A DNA stretch of 64,000 bases, from the NCBI GenBank assembly GCA_043813875.1, contig JBDRKP010000054.1, forward strand, positions 751-64,750. Reading direction: 5' to 3'. Both the position numbers and the translations under genes were made by a program. Of the stretch, positions 19,655-29,612 are shown piece after piece (positions within the stretch are counted from its first letter, which is position 1; every line of letters starts with the position of its first letter). The notes beneath the pieces were generated by a model, which saw only the letters and a program-made list of their open reading frames with translations, made no database searches and had not been told where the DNA came from. The stretch comes from an archaeon (GTDB taxonomy: Archaea > EX4484-52 > B79-G9).

Positions 19655-20436
19655 TTCCGCTCCCTCTTTTTCTTCTGGTGCATATCAAGCACCCTGTGCG
19701 GCACTCCGTGCGCGATAAGCTCCACCGGGCACTTGTAGGTCTTCGAAAGCACCTCAGAAGTGATCTCCTTGTCATCATGATAGAAAAGCTTCTGGTTCAC
19801 GCACGCGATCTTGTTGACATACACCGAGATGGCGCCGATATCATGCGACACAAGGACTATCGTCATCCTCTTGTTAAGCTTTAACAGAAGCTCATAGAAC
19901 CCGCTCTCGACACTCGTATCCACGCTCGCCGTCGGCTCATCAAGAAGAAGTATCTTCGGTTCAGTTGCAAGCGCCCTCGCCACAAGCACCCTCTGCACCT
20001 GCCCGCCCGAAAGCTCTCCCACCTTCCTATCCCATAGATCATGGACCCCGACAGTCTTTAAGGCATCAAGAGCGATCCGCCTGTCCTCATCATCAAACCT
20101 CTTGAACAATCCTTTGCCCATCCGCCCCATCATCACCGTATCAAGGACACTTGCAGGAAACTGCCTGTCAAAATTGCAATGCTGCGGCACATATCCAATC
20201 ATGCTCCTATTCAAAAGAGGGCTCCTCCCGTATATGCGCACATCACCCGCCGACGGCCTGATGAGCCCAAGGATCACCTTGAGTATCGTAGTCTTCCCCG
20301 CGCCGTTAGGCCCTATGATGCCCAAAAAATCATTCTCATAGATGGTAAGATTCACATCATCGAGCGCAACCACATCCCCGAACTTCACAGTAACGCAAGT
20401 AAGGCTCACCGCAAGCTCATCTTTTATCATAGGCAT
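19651..20436 (-). CDS. znuC: Zinc/manganese ABC transporter ATP-binding protein
   Basis: Walker A GPNGAGKTT, the signature LSGGQVQRV, and Walker B LLLDEP. Confidence 0.9.
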   Translation of the reverse strand: MPMIKDELAVSLTCVTVKFGDVVALDDVNLTIYENDFLGIIGPNGAGKTTILKVILGLIRPSAGDVRIYGRSPLLNRSMIGYVPQHCNFDRQFPASVLDTVMMGRMGKGLFKRFDDEDRRIALDALKTVGVHDLWDRKVGELSGGQVQRVLVARALATEPKILLLDEPTASVDTSVESGFYELLLKLNKRMTIVLVSHDIGAISVYVNKIACVNQKLFYHDDKEITSEVLSKTYKCPVELIAHGVPHRVLDMHQKKKRERK

Positions 20437-20500
20437 TATCTCAAAAACATTATTATGAAGTCAACCTTAAAAATCATTGACTGGTTTTAACAGGTAAAAC

Positions 20501-20893
20501 TCATTTTAACTCAACCATAACCGCTTCAAGCAAAGGCTCAAAACAATTTTGGGCAATCGATATGACATCATTTACCTCAACTAATTTCGGCCTGTAGCCA
20601 TAATAATTTATATTATGCCTTAATCTCCTGAGATTATCTATCACACGTATCGGTCTTTCGGTCCTGACTTCAAGCTTCAGAAGTTCCTTTATTGGCATGA
20701 CATGATCCTCGGATTCCATGCCCTTTGCAATCATCAATGCATCTCCAAGCATCCTGAAGCATTCATAAATATTTCTTATTATTGTAGAGGCTGAATCCTC
20801 GGTTGGTTGTAATGAAAGTGTGAATTTCATGTCTCGTTGTGCAGCCAGGACAATACTCAGCGCATTCTTCTTATCAGGTCTTTTATATCTCAT
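20501..20893 (-). CDS. HEPN-domain protein (partner of the nucleotidyltransferase at 20895..21527)
   Basis: A 130-aa alpha-helical protein immediately downstream (1-bp gap) of an HTH-NTase. This is the same gene order as the other two pairs. Confidence 0.55.
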   Translation of the reverse strand: MRYKRPDKKNALSIVLAAQRDMKFTLSLQPTEDSASTIIRNIYECFRMLGDALMIAKGMESEDHVMPIKELLKLEVRTERPIRVIDNLRRLRHNINYYGYRPKLVEVNDVISIAQNCFEPLLEAVMVELK

Positions 20894-20894
20894 A

Positions 20895-21527
20895 CTATGG
20901 TCTCACCTCTAAAAATCCTTCAAGTACGATTCCATTAGCGATATTAGCAAACAGATTTAAATCGATTTTATTTCTTGAGAAGACATGGACATTTACAGGC
21001 ACATTTATCCTGTATCCTAATTGAGGTATAATCCCAACCTCAAAGATTCGCACGTCTTCATCATCCAGAACTTCAACGGCAATATCTATATCGCTTTTCT
21101 CATTATCATCCCCTTTCCTGTAGCTCCCGAACAGGATAATTGCCTTTGAATTAGGAATCTGTCTATGTATTTCTTCCAGTATGCCGGATTCATATATCAT
21201 GCCTAGGTTATAGCTTATTTTTCGTTGATATAACCGGGGATGATCTTTGTTGGATGATATTCTCCATAGCTTTCCAAGAATCTCTTTTCTTAAGAAACCC
21301 TCATCAACAAGTTGTGTGACAATCCTGTTTGCAGTTGTCTTTGAGATCTTCAGTACCGTCGACAGATCAGTAAGGCTCATTTCTTTATCAGGATACGAAA
21401 AAAACCAGTATTGGATCTTCAGATACGCCTCAAGATCTTCGCGCACTTTTATTTTTTTCATTTTTCTGGCCATAAGATTGGTTACATTCGAAACTATATA
21501 AACTTTTTGATAACCGATTGGTTTCAA
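20895..21527 (-). CDS. HTH-fused nucleotidyltransferase (MNT family)
   Basis: wHTH (LSTVLKISKTTANRIVTQLVDEGFL) plus the NTase motif ILFGSYRKGDDNEKSDIDIAVEV. Confidence 0.7.
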   Translation of the reverse strand: MKPIGYQKVYIVSNVTNLMARKMKKIKVREDLEAYLKIQYWFFSYPDKEMSLTDLSTVLKISKTTANRIVTQLVDEGFLRKEILGKLWRISSNKDHPRLYQRKISYNLGMIYESGILEEIHRQIPNSKAIILFGSYRKGDDNEKSDIDIAVEVLDDEDVRIFEVGIIPQLGYRINVPVNVHVFSRNKIDLNLFANIANGIVLEGFLEVRP

Positions 21528-21933
21528 ACGAGACCATATGATTTTTTAAAGAACCGGTAATCTTTCATTCCCGGGTGGGTCTGATATCCCGCCGCTTGCT
21601 CCGGTGTAATCCGGTCGGGAAGATAAAAATCGCCGTAACAAAGAAAAAAAATAAAAACCCTGGTTACCTATGAGCAGGGCAAAACCGTTTGATAGACCGG
21701 CAACGCCGCTGCAAGCGCCTCTTCAAGAACTTATGATGGTTCTCTCCCGCCCATTCAGGCGGTTTCTCAATCTCCATAAGGAGTTTGAGGACATATTCGA
21801 TGGACCACCCAAAAAGGACTTGATGAAAGGCGATGTTCTGATCCTTCCCTCAGGGCTTTTCCTTGCGATGCTAAAAAAACAGGCACCAACTCCCTCAGAA
21901 ACATAAATCCGGCTCCAAAGAACCTATAACATA

Positions 21934-22803
21934 TCATCTCATACTCTCCGCCAGACTTTTTGAGACATTGCGCATATTAAGAAGATAGTCCTCTGCGAGC
22001 GGGTCAGCAAGAGCTATTGTCCCGTTTATTTCGCTGGCAATGGCCTGCGCATTCTTGAAATTGACCCCCGGCTGGACAAAGATGGTCTTGATGCCATTCT
22101 CCTTTGCATACTCAATCAGCCGCAAGACATCAGAGCTGCTCGGCTCCTTTCCCTCATCCTCAATCGCGACCTGCACAAGACCGTAATCACGTGCGAAATA
22201 CCCGAAAGATGGGTGAAGGATCATGAAGGTCCTCTTATCTGCGCCATTGAACATGTTCTGTATCTGCATATCAAGCATATCTATCTCAATAAGATACTTG
22301 TTATAATTATCATAATAATACTCTTTATTGACGGGATCAGCCGAAGCGAGCCCGTCATATATGTTCTTTGCGATTATCCCTGCGTTCCTCAAAGACATCC
22401 ATACATGCGGATCATTTTCGACAATAGTGATTCCATTTGAACAATTGACCACAACGATATTAGGTTTATCCCTTCCGGCCTTGTCCATGCTTTCCTCAAA
22501 TGGAATGCCGGATCCGACCATGACATGCATCCTTGCAAGAGAAAGCGTCTTAAGCTGGCTTGGCGTCGGCTCATAAGTCTCAGGGCTTGCAAGCGGCGGC
22601 ACCATCACAGTGACCTCGACCTTATCAGCGCCAATCTTCTCGACAAAATCAGCCAAAGGAAGAATACTCACAACGACATCGATTTTCTTATCATCATCAT
22701 CAGGAATAGAAGAAACATCATCATGCGCCATGCACCCCGACACAAGGACGACCGCAATGAAAGCGATCCAGATCATCATGCCTTTTTTTCCAATGCATAC
22801 CAT
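21934..22803 (-). CDS. znuA: Zinc/manganese ABC transporter substrate-binding lipoprotein
   Basis: Lipoprotein signal (MMIWIAFIAVVLVSGC) and a TroA/ZnuA-like cluster-9 SBP fold (VVVSILPLADF, HVWMSL). The track start at 22884 is likely an N-terminal over-extension. Confidence 0.85.
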   Translation of the reverse strand: MVCIGKKGMMIWIAFIAVVLVSGCMAHDDVSSIPDDDDKKIDVVVSILPLADFVEKIGADKVEVTVMVPPLASPETYEPTPSQLKTLSLARMHVMVGSGIPFEESMDKAGRDKPNIVVVNCSNGITIVENDPHVWMSLRNAGIIAKNIYDGLASADPVNKEYYYDNYNKYLIEIDMLDMQIQNMFNGADKRTFMILHPSFGYFARDYGLVQVAIEDEGKEPSSSDVLRLIEYAKENGIKTIFVQPGVNFKNAQAIASEINGTIALADPLAEDYLLNMRNVSKSLAESMR

Positions 22804-22880
22804 AATATACTCTCCGCAATTAATCTTTATCTCTGTATCTGCAAGATATGCCTGATTTTCAGGCCGCATTCCAGTACTCA

Positions 22881-23891
22881 TCAAAACCTTTCTTTGGCAA
22901 CCAGTTCGGCGATCTCGACGGCATTCAGTGCCGCCCCCCTAAGAAGTTGGTCCCCGCAGACGAAAAACTCTAAGCCGTGCTTTCCGAACACAAGATTCTG
23001 CCTGATGCGCCCGACCTCGACATCATATTTCTCAGTAGCAGTCAAAGGCATGGGATAAACATTATTCTTTACGTCATCCCTGACGACAATCCCCGAAGTC
23101 TCATCAAACAGCTTCCGCACATCATCAGCATTCACAGGCTTCACCGTCTCGACAACTATGCTCTCCGAATGCGCTCTCATCGTCGGTATCCTCACGCATG
23201 TGCAGGAGATAGGTATGCTCTCGTCCCCGAAAATCTTATGCGTCTCCCACACCACCTTCATCTCCTCCTTGGTGTATTTGTTATCAAGGAACACATCGAT
23301 ATGCGGGATAAGATTGAAAGGGATAGGATGCGCAAAAACCTTGTTCTCGGCTTTCCCGCCATCAAGCACCCGCTTGGTCTCAGAAAGAAGTTCGGCCATG
23401 CCGCCGTTCCCCGCGCCGCTTGTGGCCTGGTAGGTCGATATGATCACCTTCTTCAGACCGTATTTCTTATATATCTGGTAAAGAGGGATAGCGGCGATAG
23501 CCGTCGTGCAATTTGGATTAGCGATAAGCATAGCATCCCCGATAGCCTTTGGGTTGATCTCCGGGATGACAAGCGGCACATCCTTATCATACCTGAACGT
23601 GGAAGAATTATCGACAACAACACACCCTTCGCGAGCAGCTTTAGGCGCATTCTCCTTTGGCCATCCTCCTCCGATGGCAAAAAACGCGATATCAAGCTCT
23701 GAATAATCCGCCTTATCAGCATCCTCGACACAAATCTCCCCCATAGGCGTCTCAAGACTTTTACCGACCGACCTCTCAGATGCATAAAGCCTCAAAGACT
23801 CAATCGGGAACTTGCGCAGAGAAAGCACTTTGATGATTTCCCTTCCGACAACCCCTGTAGCCCCAAGAATACCGACTCTCATTTTTTTCAT
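22881..23891 (-). CDS. asd: Aspartate-semialdehyde dehydrogenase
   Basis: MKKMRVGILGATGVVGRE Rossmann N-terminus and a catalytic Cys region (ANPNCTT). The MKKM start is preferred over the upstream MNCLMVIG. Confidence 0.9.
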   Translation of the reverse strand: MKKMRVGILGATGVVGREIIKVLSLRKFPIESLRLYASERSVGKSLETPMGEICVEDADKADYSELDIAFFAIGGGWPKENAPKAAREGCVVVDNSSTFRYDKDVPLVIPEINPKAIGDAMLIANPNCTTAIAAIPLYQIYKKYGLKKVIISTYQATSGAGNGGMAELLSETKRVLDGGKAENKVFAHPIPFNLIPHIDVFLDNKYTKEEMKVVWETHKIFGDESIPISCTCVRIPTMRAHSESIVVETVKPVNADDVRKLFDETSGIVVRDDVKNNVYPMPLTATEKYDVEVGRIRQNLVFGKHGLEFFVCGDQLLRGAALNAVEIAELVAKERF

Positions 23892-24004
23892 ACCGATCAC
23901 CATCAAACAATTCAATGAAACTCTATTACCATTACTGCTTCATCTTTTTATAATTTATGTCATTATCGGTTGGACAACCTCAAAAAACAGAAACATTTAA
24001 ATAC

Positions 24005-24040
24005 TATGCGCAACAACATAATGTTATGCTGCATAATGTT
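24005..24040. repeat. 36-bp direct repeat, upstream copy (TATGCGCAACAACATAATGTTATGCTGCATAATGTT)
   Basis: A near-identical copy lies at 25449-25484 (TATGCGCTAGAACATAATGTTTTTGTGCATAATTTT). Each contains the near-palindrome AACATAATGTT. Confidence 0.5.
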
Positions 24041-25438
24041 TCATTTATCAACCGGGAAAAAGAGATTGCGTTCCTGAAAGAAGCATACGCCGATGACAAA
24101 GCACAGCTGATCGTCTTATATGGCCGAAGGCGCGTTGGAAAAACATGCCTCCTCACTCACTTCATGCAGGGCAAAAAACACACATACTATCTTTGCACAA
24201 AAGGAAACGAAACAGAGCAGATAAAGCTGCTTTCAAGGATGATCGGTGAACGCCTGGATGACACTGCCCTGACCCTGTCTCCTTTCAGTGAATGGCATTC
24301 CTTATTTCTATACTTGCACGAAAAAGCAAAAAAAGAAAGATACCTCCTTGTAATTGACGAATTTCCGTATCTTATAAATATCAATCCCGCAATAACCTCG
24401 ATATTCCAGAAATACTGGGACGAATACCTTTCAAAAACAAAAATAATGCTCGTACTTTGCGGATCAAGCATAGCGATGATGGAAAGCGAAGTGCTTGCGC
24501 ACAAAAGCCCTCTTTACGGCAGAAGAACAGGGCAATGGAAAGCAGACCCATTAAGTTTCAAAGACGCATCGAAATTCTTCCCGGAAAAATCAAGCATCGA
24601 AGAGATCATCAGGACATACACAATAACCGGCGGAGTACCTTATTATCTTCAGGAACTGGACCTTCAAAAAAGCGCAATCTCAAACATTCTGGAAAAAATA
24701 GCAAAAAAAGGAAAATTACTCTACGAAGAAGGCGAAATATTGCTTAAAGAAGAGCTGCGTGACCCTTCAACATATTTCTCAATTTTGGAAGCGATGTCTT
24801 CAGGAAATACGAAGCAGGCGCAAATAGCAAATCATGTCAGCATGCCGCAGACCGCACTGCCAAGATATTTATCGACCTTGGAGCGGCTTGCATATATAAA
24901 AAAAATAACACCCGTCACAGAACCAAAAACATCAAAAAAAACAATATACCGGCTGAATGACAATTTCATGAATTTCTGGTTTAAATTTATATACCCTAAC
25001 AAAAGCTATATTGAAGAAGGCAATTATGATAGATTCAAAGAGATTCTGGACAACTATTTTGAGCTGCATGTCTCCTTTGCCTTTGAAGATATTTCCCGTC
25101 AGTTTTTGAAAACTCTGAACGCACGCGGGAAACTGCCGCCGGGGTTCACAAAATTCGGAACATGGTGGGGGCATTATCGTGAAAACAACATAAGAAAAGA
25201 GCACGAGATAGACATCGTAGCACTCAATGAAACCACAAAAGACATCCTCTTCTCTGAATGCAAATGGAAAAACAACGTAAGCGCAAAAAAAACACTAAAA
25301 GACCTGAAAGAAAAATCAGAACACGTCCAGTGGCACAATGACAAAAGAATATCGCACTACGCCATATTCGCAAAAACCTTCAAAGAAAAAACAGAAGATG
25401 CGCTATTATTCGACCTGGACGATCTGGCCGCCTTATAG
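24026..25438 (+). CDS. AAA-family ATPase with a C-terminal DUF234 domain (archaeal ATPase family)
   Basis: Walker A LYGRRRVGKT and Walker B LLVIDEFPYL. The C-terminus is the DUF234-type WWG...EIDIVA region. The ATG at about 24026 (MLHNVSFINREKEIAFL) is the likely start. Confidence 0.75.
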   Translation: MLHNVSFINREKEIAFLKEAYADDKAQLIVLYGRRRVGKTCLLTHFMQGKKHTYYLCTKGNETEQIKLLSRMIGERLDDTALTLSPFSEWHSLFLYLHEKAKKERYLLVIDEFPYLININPAITSIFQKYWDEYLSKTKIMLVLCGSSIAMMESEVLAHKSPLYGRRTGQWKADPLSFKDASKFFPEKSSIEEIIRTYTITGGVPYYLQELDLQKSAISNILEKIAKKGKLLYEEGEILLKEELRDPSTYFSILEAMSSGNTKQAQIANHVSMPQTALPRYLSTLERLAYIKKITPVTEPKTSKKTIYRLNDNFMNFWFKFIYPNKSYIEEGNYDRFKEILDNYFELHVSFAFEDISRQFLKTLNARGKLPPGFTKFGTWWGHYRENNIRKEHEIDIVALNETTKDILFSECKWKNNVSAKKTLKDLKEKSEHVQWHNDKRISHYAIFAKTFKEKTEDALLFDLDDLAAL

Positions 25439-25448
25439 TTTTATTGTT

Positions 25449-25484
25449 ATGCGCTAGAACATAATGTTTTTGTGCATAATTTTA
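25449..25484. repeat. 36-bp direct repeat, downstream copy
   Basis: See the upstream copy. This copy reproduces the start region of the ATPase gene (NV-MLHNV versus NVFVHNF). Confidence 0.5.
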
Positions 25485-25570
25485 TCACACACACTTTTTT
25501 TCAAACATCATCTCTTGCACTTCCAAGAGCATCTGGACTCAGGCCATCGATTCAAAAAAAACAAAACCCT

Positions 25571-27592
25571 CTACCCAAGCCCCAGAAGGACCCCGCCCTG
25601 ATAAACAACAACCGCAAGAACCCACGCGACAACTGTAGTATACACGACCACAAACAGTGGCCACTTCCAGGAATTAGTCTCCCTCCATATAGTCAACACA
25701 ACCGACACGCACGGCACATAAAGAAGTGCCATCACGATAAACGCCGCCGCAGAAAGCGGCGTAAAGCTGCCGGATATCGCGCTCGAAAGCCCTGCCTCAT
25801 CAGCCCCATAAAGCGTCCCGAAAGTCCCGACAATCACCTCCTTAGCGGCGAACCCGAACAGAAGCGCAACCCCCGCCTGCCAGCTCCCGAACCCCGCAGG
25901 CTCAAACACCGGCGCGATAAAACCCCCAATTTGCCCGATGACACTCTCTTGAGACGCATACTCTACACCCCAAGGCATGCTCGCAAGAAACCATATGACG
26001 ATGACAATCACAAAAATGACAGTACCCACTTTCTTCACAAACAGGCTGCCCCTCTCCCACATATGTATGAAAGCGCCCTTGAGCGTCGGCCACCTGTACG
26101 GCGGAAGCTCCATCACAAACGGCGACGAAAGCCCCTTTAGTATCGTGTTCTTGAAAAGAAGCCCGGAAAAGATTGCGACAGCGATACCCAGAAGATAGAT
26201 CATAAATATTATCGTCCCCTGGCTCTCGGCAAAAAACGCGCTGACAAACAGCACATAGACAGGCAGCCTTGCAGAGCACGACATGAAAGGCGCGATAAGC
26301 ATGGTAAGTATCCTGTCCTTCTCATTATCAAGCGTCCTCGTCGCCATGATAGCCGGCACATTGCACCCGAACCCGATGATCATCGGAATGAAAGACTTCC
26401 CGTGCAGCCCTATCTTGTGCATGACCTTGTCCATGATGAAAGCTGCCCGCGCCATATATCCCGAATCCTCAAGCAATGATATTGCAAAGAACAGGATGAA
26501 TATATTCGGGATGAAAACAAAAACAGAACCGACGCCGCCGAGTATTCCGTCGGTGACAAGAGTATTGATCCAGACCGGTCCCCCTGCGCCCGAAAGAAAA
26601 TCACCGGCAGCCCTGCCAAGCCACACGAATATCCACTCGATCAGTTCCGTGAACGGCGCTCCCAAAGTAAAAGTCAGATAAAACATCCCCCACACAAGGA
26701 GAAGAAATATAGGTATCCCAAGCACGCGGTGAGTGACGACCTTATCGATATTTTCAGAAACACTCAATCGGTCCATATCCTTCTTGACGACAGCCTCGCG
26801 AAGCACCCCAGCGATAAACCCGTAACGCGCACATGCAACCGACTCATCGACATTCTCCCCGAATACGTCAGAAAGATGCTTCCTCATCCTCTCGGCTTCA
26901 TCTACGATAGTCTTTCCGCCATCTATTTTCATGATCTTGTTGATGACATCGATATCATCTTCAAGCAGCTTGAGCGCCACCCACTTTGGCCTGTACTTCT
27001 TCGGGAGTTTTAAGGAAGCCATCATCCTCTCAAGTTCATCGCTATGCCCGTCGATCTCCGCTCCGTACTTTATCAGCGGCCTGGGCCTCTCAGCCCTGTG
27101 GCTTGCATTCATCACTTCAGAAAGAACCTCGTTGACGCCTTCATTGCTCCTCGCATCGATCCTGACAACGGGAATCCCAAGGAAATGGCTCATCTTCTTC
27201 TCATCGATCCTGATGCCGTGTGATTGCGTCGTATTGCTCATATTCAGTGCAAGGATCACATTCGCCCCAACCTCGATAAGCTGCACGCAAAGATATAGGT
27301 TCCTCTCAAGATTGCATGAATCGACCACATGGACGACGACATCAGGTCCGTCATCGACAATATGGTTCCTTGCGATGATCTCTTCAGCCGAATAAGCGCT
27401 CAGGCTGTAAGTCCCGGGCAGGTCCACGACCTCGATATCATGATCCATATGCATGAAATGGCCTGTCTTTCTCTCGACAGTCTTTCCCGGCCAGTTTCCG
27501 ACATGCTGGTGCGTCCCGGTGAGCGTATTGAAAAGCGTAGTCTTTCCGACATTAGGATTCCCTGCAAGCGCGATCCTTATCTTTTCAGCCAT
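25571..27592 (-). CDS. feoB: Ferrous iron transporter B
   Basis: N-terminal G-protein domain ([19 protein letters not shown]) plus a polytopic permease domain. Its 673-aa length fits FeoB. Confidence 0.95.
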   Translation of the reverse strand: MAEKIRIALAGNPNVGKTTLFNTLTGTHQHVGNWPGKTVERKTGHFMHMDHDIEVVDLPGTYSLSAYSAEEIIARNHIVDDGPDVVVHVVDSCNLERNLYLCVQLIEVGANVILALNMSNTTQSHGIRIDEKKMSHFLGIPVVRIDARSNEGVNEVLSEVMNASHRAERPRPLIKYGAEIDGHSDELERMMASLKLPKKYRPKWVALKLLEDDIDVINKIMKIDGGKTIVDEAERMRKHLSDVFGENVDESVACARYGFIAGVLREAVVKKDMDRLSVSENIDKVVTHRVLGIPIFLLLVWGMFYLTFTLGAPFTELIEWIFVWLGRAAGDFLSGAGGPVWINTLVTDGILGGVGSVFVFIPNIFILFFAISLLEDSGYMARAAFIMDKVMHKIGLHGKSFIPMIIGFGCNVPAIMATRTLDNEKDRILTMLIAPFMSCSARLPVYVLFVSAFFAESQGTIIFMIYLLGIAVAIFSGLLFKNTILKGLSSPFVMELPPYRWPTLKGAFIHMWERGSLFVKKVGTVIFVIVIVIWFLASMPWGVEYASQESVIGQIGGFIAPVFEPAGFGSWQAGVALLFGFAAKEVIVGTFGTLYGADEAGLSSAISGSFTPLSAAAFIVMALLYVPCVSVVLTIWRETNSWKWPLFVVVYTTVVAWVLAVVVYQGGVLLGLG

Positions 27593-27664
27593 AATACCTA
27601 CCTGATTTTACACATGATTTATCAAAAAAATACTCAATACTAAGAACAACCGCATGATCTACAT

Positions 27665-27901
27665 CTACATTATCTCGACAACAACATCATTTGCCTCATT
27701 CTTTCTCAATGAGAGCATATATCCTCTCACCTTCACCTCGATCGGATCCCCGAGCGGCGCAGCCTTCACCACCTCGATGAGGGCGCCCGCAGTCACTCCC
27801 ATCTCAAGCATCCTCTTGTGTATCCTTGAACTGTTCTTTACTGATATGACTGTTGCCTTCTGCCTGGCAGTAAGCTTATCAAGAGTTGTCCTTTTTCCCA
27901 T
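27665..27901 (-). CDS. feoA: Ferrous iron transport protein A
   Basis: A 78-aa SH3-like FeoA domain (LTARQKATVISV...GVTAGALIEV) directly upstream of feoB. Confidence 0.8.
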   Translation of the reverse strand: MGKRTTLDKLTARQKATVISVKNSSRIHKRMLEMGVTAGALIEVVKAAPLGDPIEVKVRGYMLSLRKNEANDVVVEIM

Positions 27902-28123
27902 AAGGATAATTGGACAGCAAGAATAATATACCTTACGTGAATCACCGAAAATATCATCCGGATGGTCTGTCTATAAATGCGATTAAGGGAAGTTTTGTTT
28001 CCGCGTGACCAGAAACAAAATTTGGTACTGACATAGTTTGGTACACTTCCCGGAATAATGCATAAACATTTAAATATTGATTATGAATATATATTCACAA
28101 CTAACCAATGGAGGTAGATAAAA

Positions 28124-28366
28124 ATGCCGAATAAAGACAGAACAGGACCCCTTGGACAAGGTGTTCAGACAGGAAGAGGTTTAGGTCCTTGTGGTGGAGG
28201 TATGCGAAAAGGATTAGGAAGAGGTTTTGGTAGAGGGCTGGGTTTAAGATGCAATAGATTAGTTCCTTTAACCGAAGCAGAGGAAAAGAAAGTCGTTGAA
28301 ACAGACCTTAAAGAACTTGATTTGGAAAAGCAAGAGATAGAGAAAAGACTAAAAGAGATGAACTGA
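28124..28366 (+). CDS. DUF5320-family small protein
   Basis: Gly/Arg-rich N-terminus (GPLGQGVQTGRGLGPCGGG) and a C-terminal coiled-coil. A GGAGG RBS lies upstream. This is the first gene of the low-GC island A. Confidence 0.7.
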   Translation: MPNKDRTGPLGQGVQTGRGLGPCGGGMRKGLGRGFGRGLGLRCNRLVPLTEAEEKKVVETDLKELDLEKQEIEKRLKEMN

Positions 28367-28428
28367 TTCATTTCTCTTGCTTTTTTCTTTTCGCAAAATT
28401 TAAATAGGAATATGAATAAGTATTCATT

Positions 28429-28902
28429 ATGGTACGTCCAAGATTGTGCAGAAGAGTTAGATTCAGCCCGGATGTAACCTATTTTAAGCCACAAGGCATT
28501 CCATTAAGAGAATTGCGAGAGGTTATTTTACATGTTGACGAATATGAGGCAGTCAGGCTTAAAGATTTAGAAGGATTAGAGCAGGAAGAATGCGCTAAAA
28601 AAATGAACATTTCACAACCGACTTTCCATCGGCTTGTGTTGTCTGCAAGAAAAAAAATAGCTGACGCCATTGTTAATGCTAAAGCAATCAAAATAGAAGG
28701 AGGTGCTTATGAAATGGTACAACCGATATTTGGAGGCGGAAGGGAACAGGCAGGAAGAATGGGCATAGGCATGGGCTTTGGAGGTCCTGCCATGACTTGC
28801 ATATGCCCTGATTGCGGATATCAGGAACAAAAGGTAAGAGAAGTGCCATGCGCCAGTAAAAAATGTCCCAAATGCGGCACACTGATGAGGAGAGGTGATT
28901 AA
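28429..28902 (+). CDS. DUF134 (UPF0251) predicted DNA-binding protein with a C-terminal zinc ribbon
   Basis: PRLCRRVRFSPDVTYFKPQGIPL...EAVRLKDLEGLEQEECAKKMNISQPTFHRLVLSARKKIADAIVNAKAIKIEG matches DUF134. The C-terminus has CPDCG...CPKCG. Confidence 0.8.
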   Translation: MVRPRLCRRVRFSPDVTYFKPQGIPLRELREVILHVDEYEAVRLKDLEGLEQEECAKKMNISQPTFHRLVLSARKKIADAIVNAKAIKIEGGAYEMVQPIFGGGREQAGRMGIGMGFGGPAMTCICPDCGYQEQKVREVPCASKKCPKCGTLMRRGD

Positions 28903-29248
28903 TATGAAAGTGGCCATAAGTTCGACTGGAAAGGATATAAACAGCAATGTTAGCAATGTGTTTGGAAGATGCCCTTATTTTGTTATCGCAGAGATTGAAA
29001 ACAAAAAAATTACAAAAATTGAATCAATGGAAAATACAACTGCGAATCAGGTGGGTATGGCAGGCATTTCTGCGGCACAGAAAGTTGCAGAAAAAAATGC
29101 AAACATTGTGATAGCAGCAGATGTTGGACCGAGAGCATTAGATGTTTTCAGGCAATTTGATATTATGGCATATAAAGGAAGCGGGACAGTCAAAGAAGTT
29201 TTGCAAAAATTTATAGACGATAGACTTGAGAAAATAGGAAGTAGGTGA
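28895..29248 (+). CDS. NifX/NifB-like dinitrogenase FeMo-cofactor-binding domain protein
   Basis: FGRCPYFVI signature of the Nitro_FeMo-Co domain. The 117-aa length fits. Confidence 0.8.
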   Translation: MINMKVAISSTGKDINSNVSNVFGRCPYFVIAEIENKKITKIESMENTTANQVGMAGISAAQKVAEKNANIVIAADVGPRALDVFRQFDIMAYKGSGTVKEVLQKFIDDRLEKIGSR

Positions 29249-29252
29249 GAAA

Positions 29253-29612
29253 ATGAAAATAGTGATTTCAACAGATGGTAAAAGAGGATTAGATGACACA
29301 GTGGCAGAACATTTTGGCAGATGTAATACATATACTTTTCTTGATGAGAAAGGCAATATTGTTGAAATAATAGACAACACCAGCGAGCACATGGGTGGCA
29401 CAGGGCTTCCACCAGAGCTTATGAAAAAACATGGAGCGGATGTCTTATTATGCAGAGGGCTTGGCCCAAGAGCTCTTGATCTGTGCAAAGAACTGGGAAT
29501 AGATGTTTATGTATGCCATGCAGAAACCGTAAAAGAAATATTTGAGAAATGGAAAAATAAGATAATTAAAAAGGCAGGTTTTGAAGATGTTTGCGAGGAG
29601 CATAGGCTATGA
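29253..29612 (+). CDS. NifX/NifB-like FeMo-cofactor-binding domain protein (second paralog)
   Basis: HFGRCNTYTFLD signature. A tandem paralog of the preceding gene. Confidence 0.8.
   Translation: MKIVISTDGKRGLDDTVAEHFGRCNTYTFLDEKGNIVEIIDNTSEHMGGTGLPPELMKKHGADVLLCRGLGPRALDLCKELGIDVYVCHAETVKEIFEKWKNKIIKKAGFEDVCEEHRL

Noticed and set aside
21670-21906. A 78-aa ORF in the NTase-znuA intergenic region
   Set aside because: It has no RBS or TATA context, unremarkable composition and no domain. It is probably spurious. It is kept only as a note because it sits in the znuA / MNT-HEPN junction.
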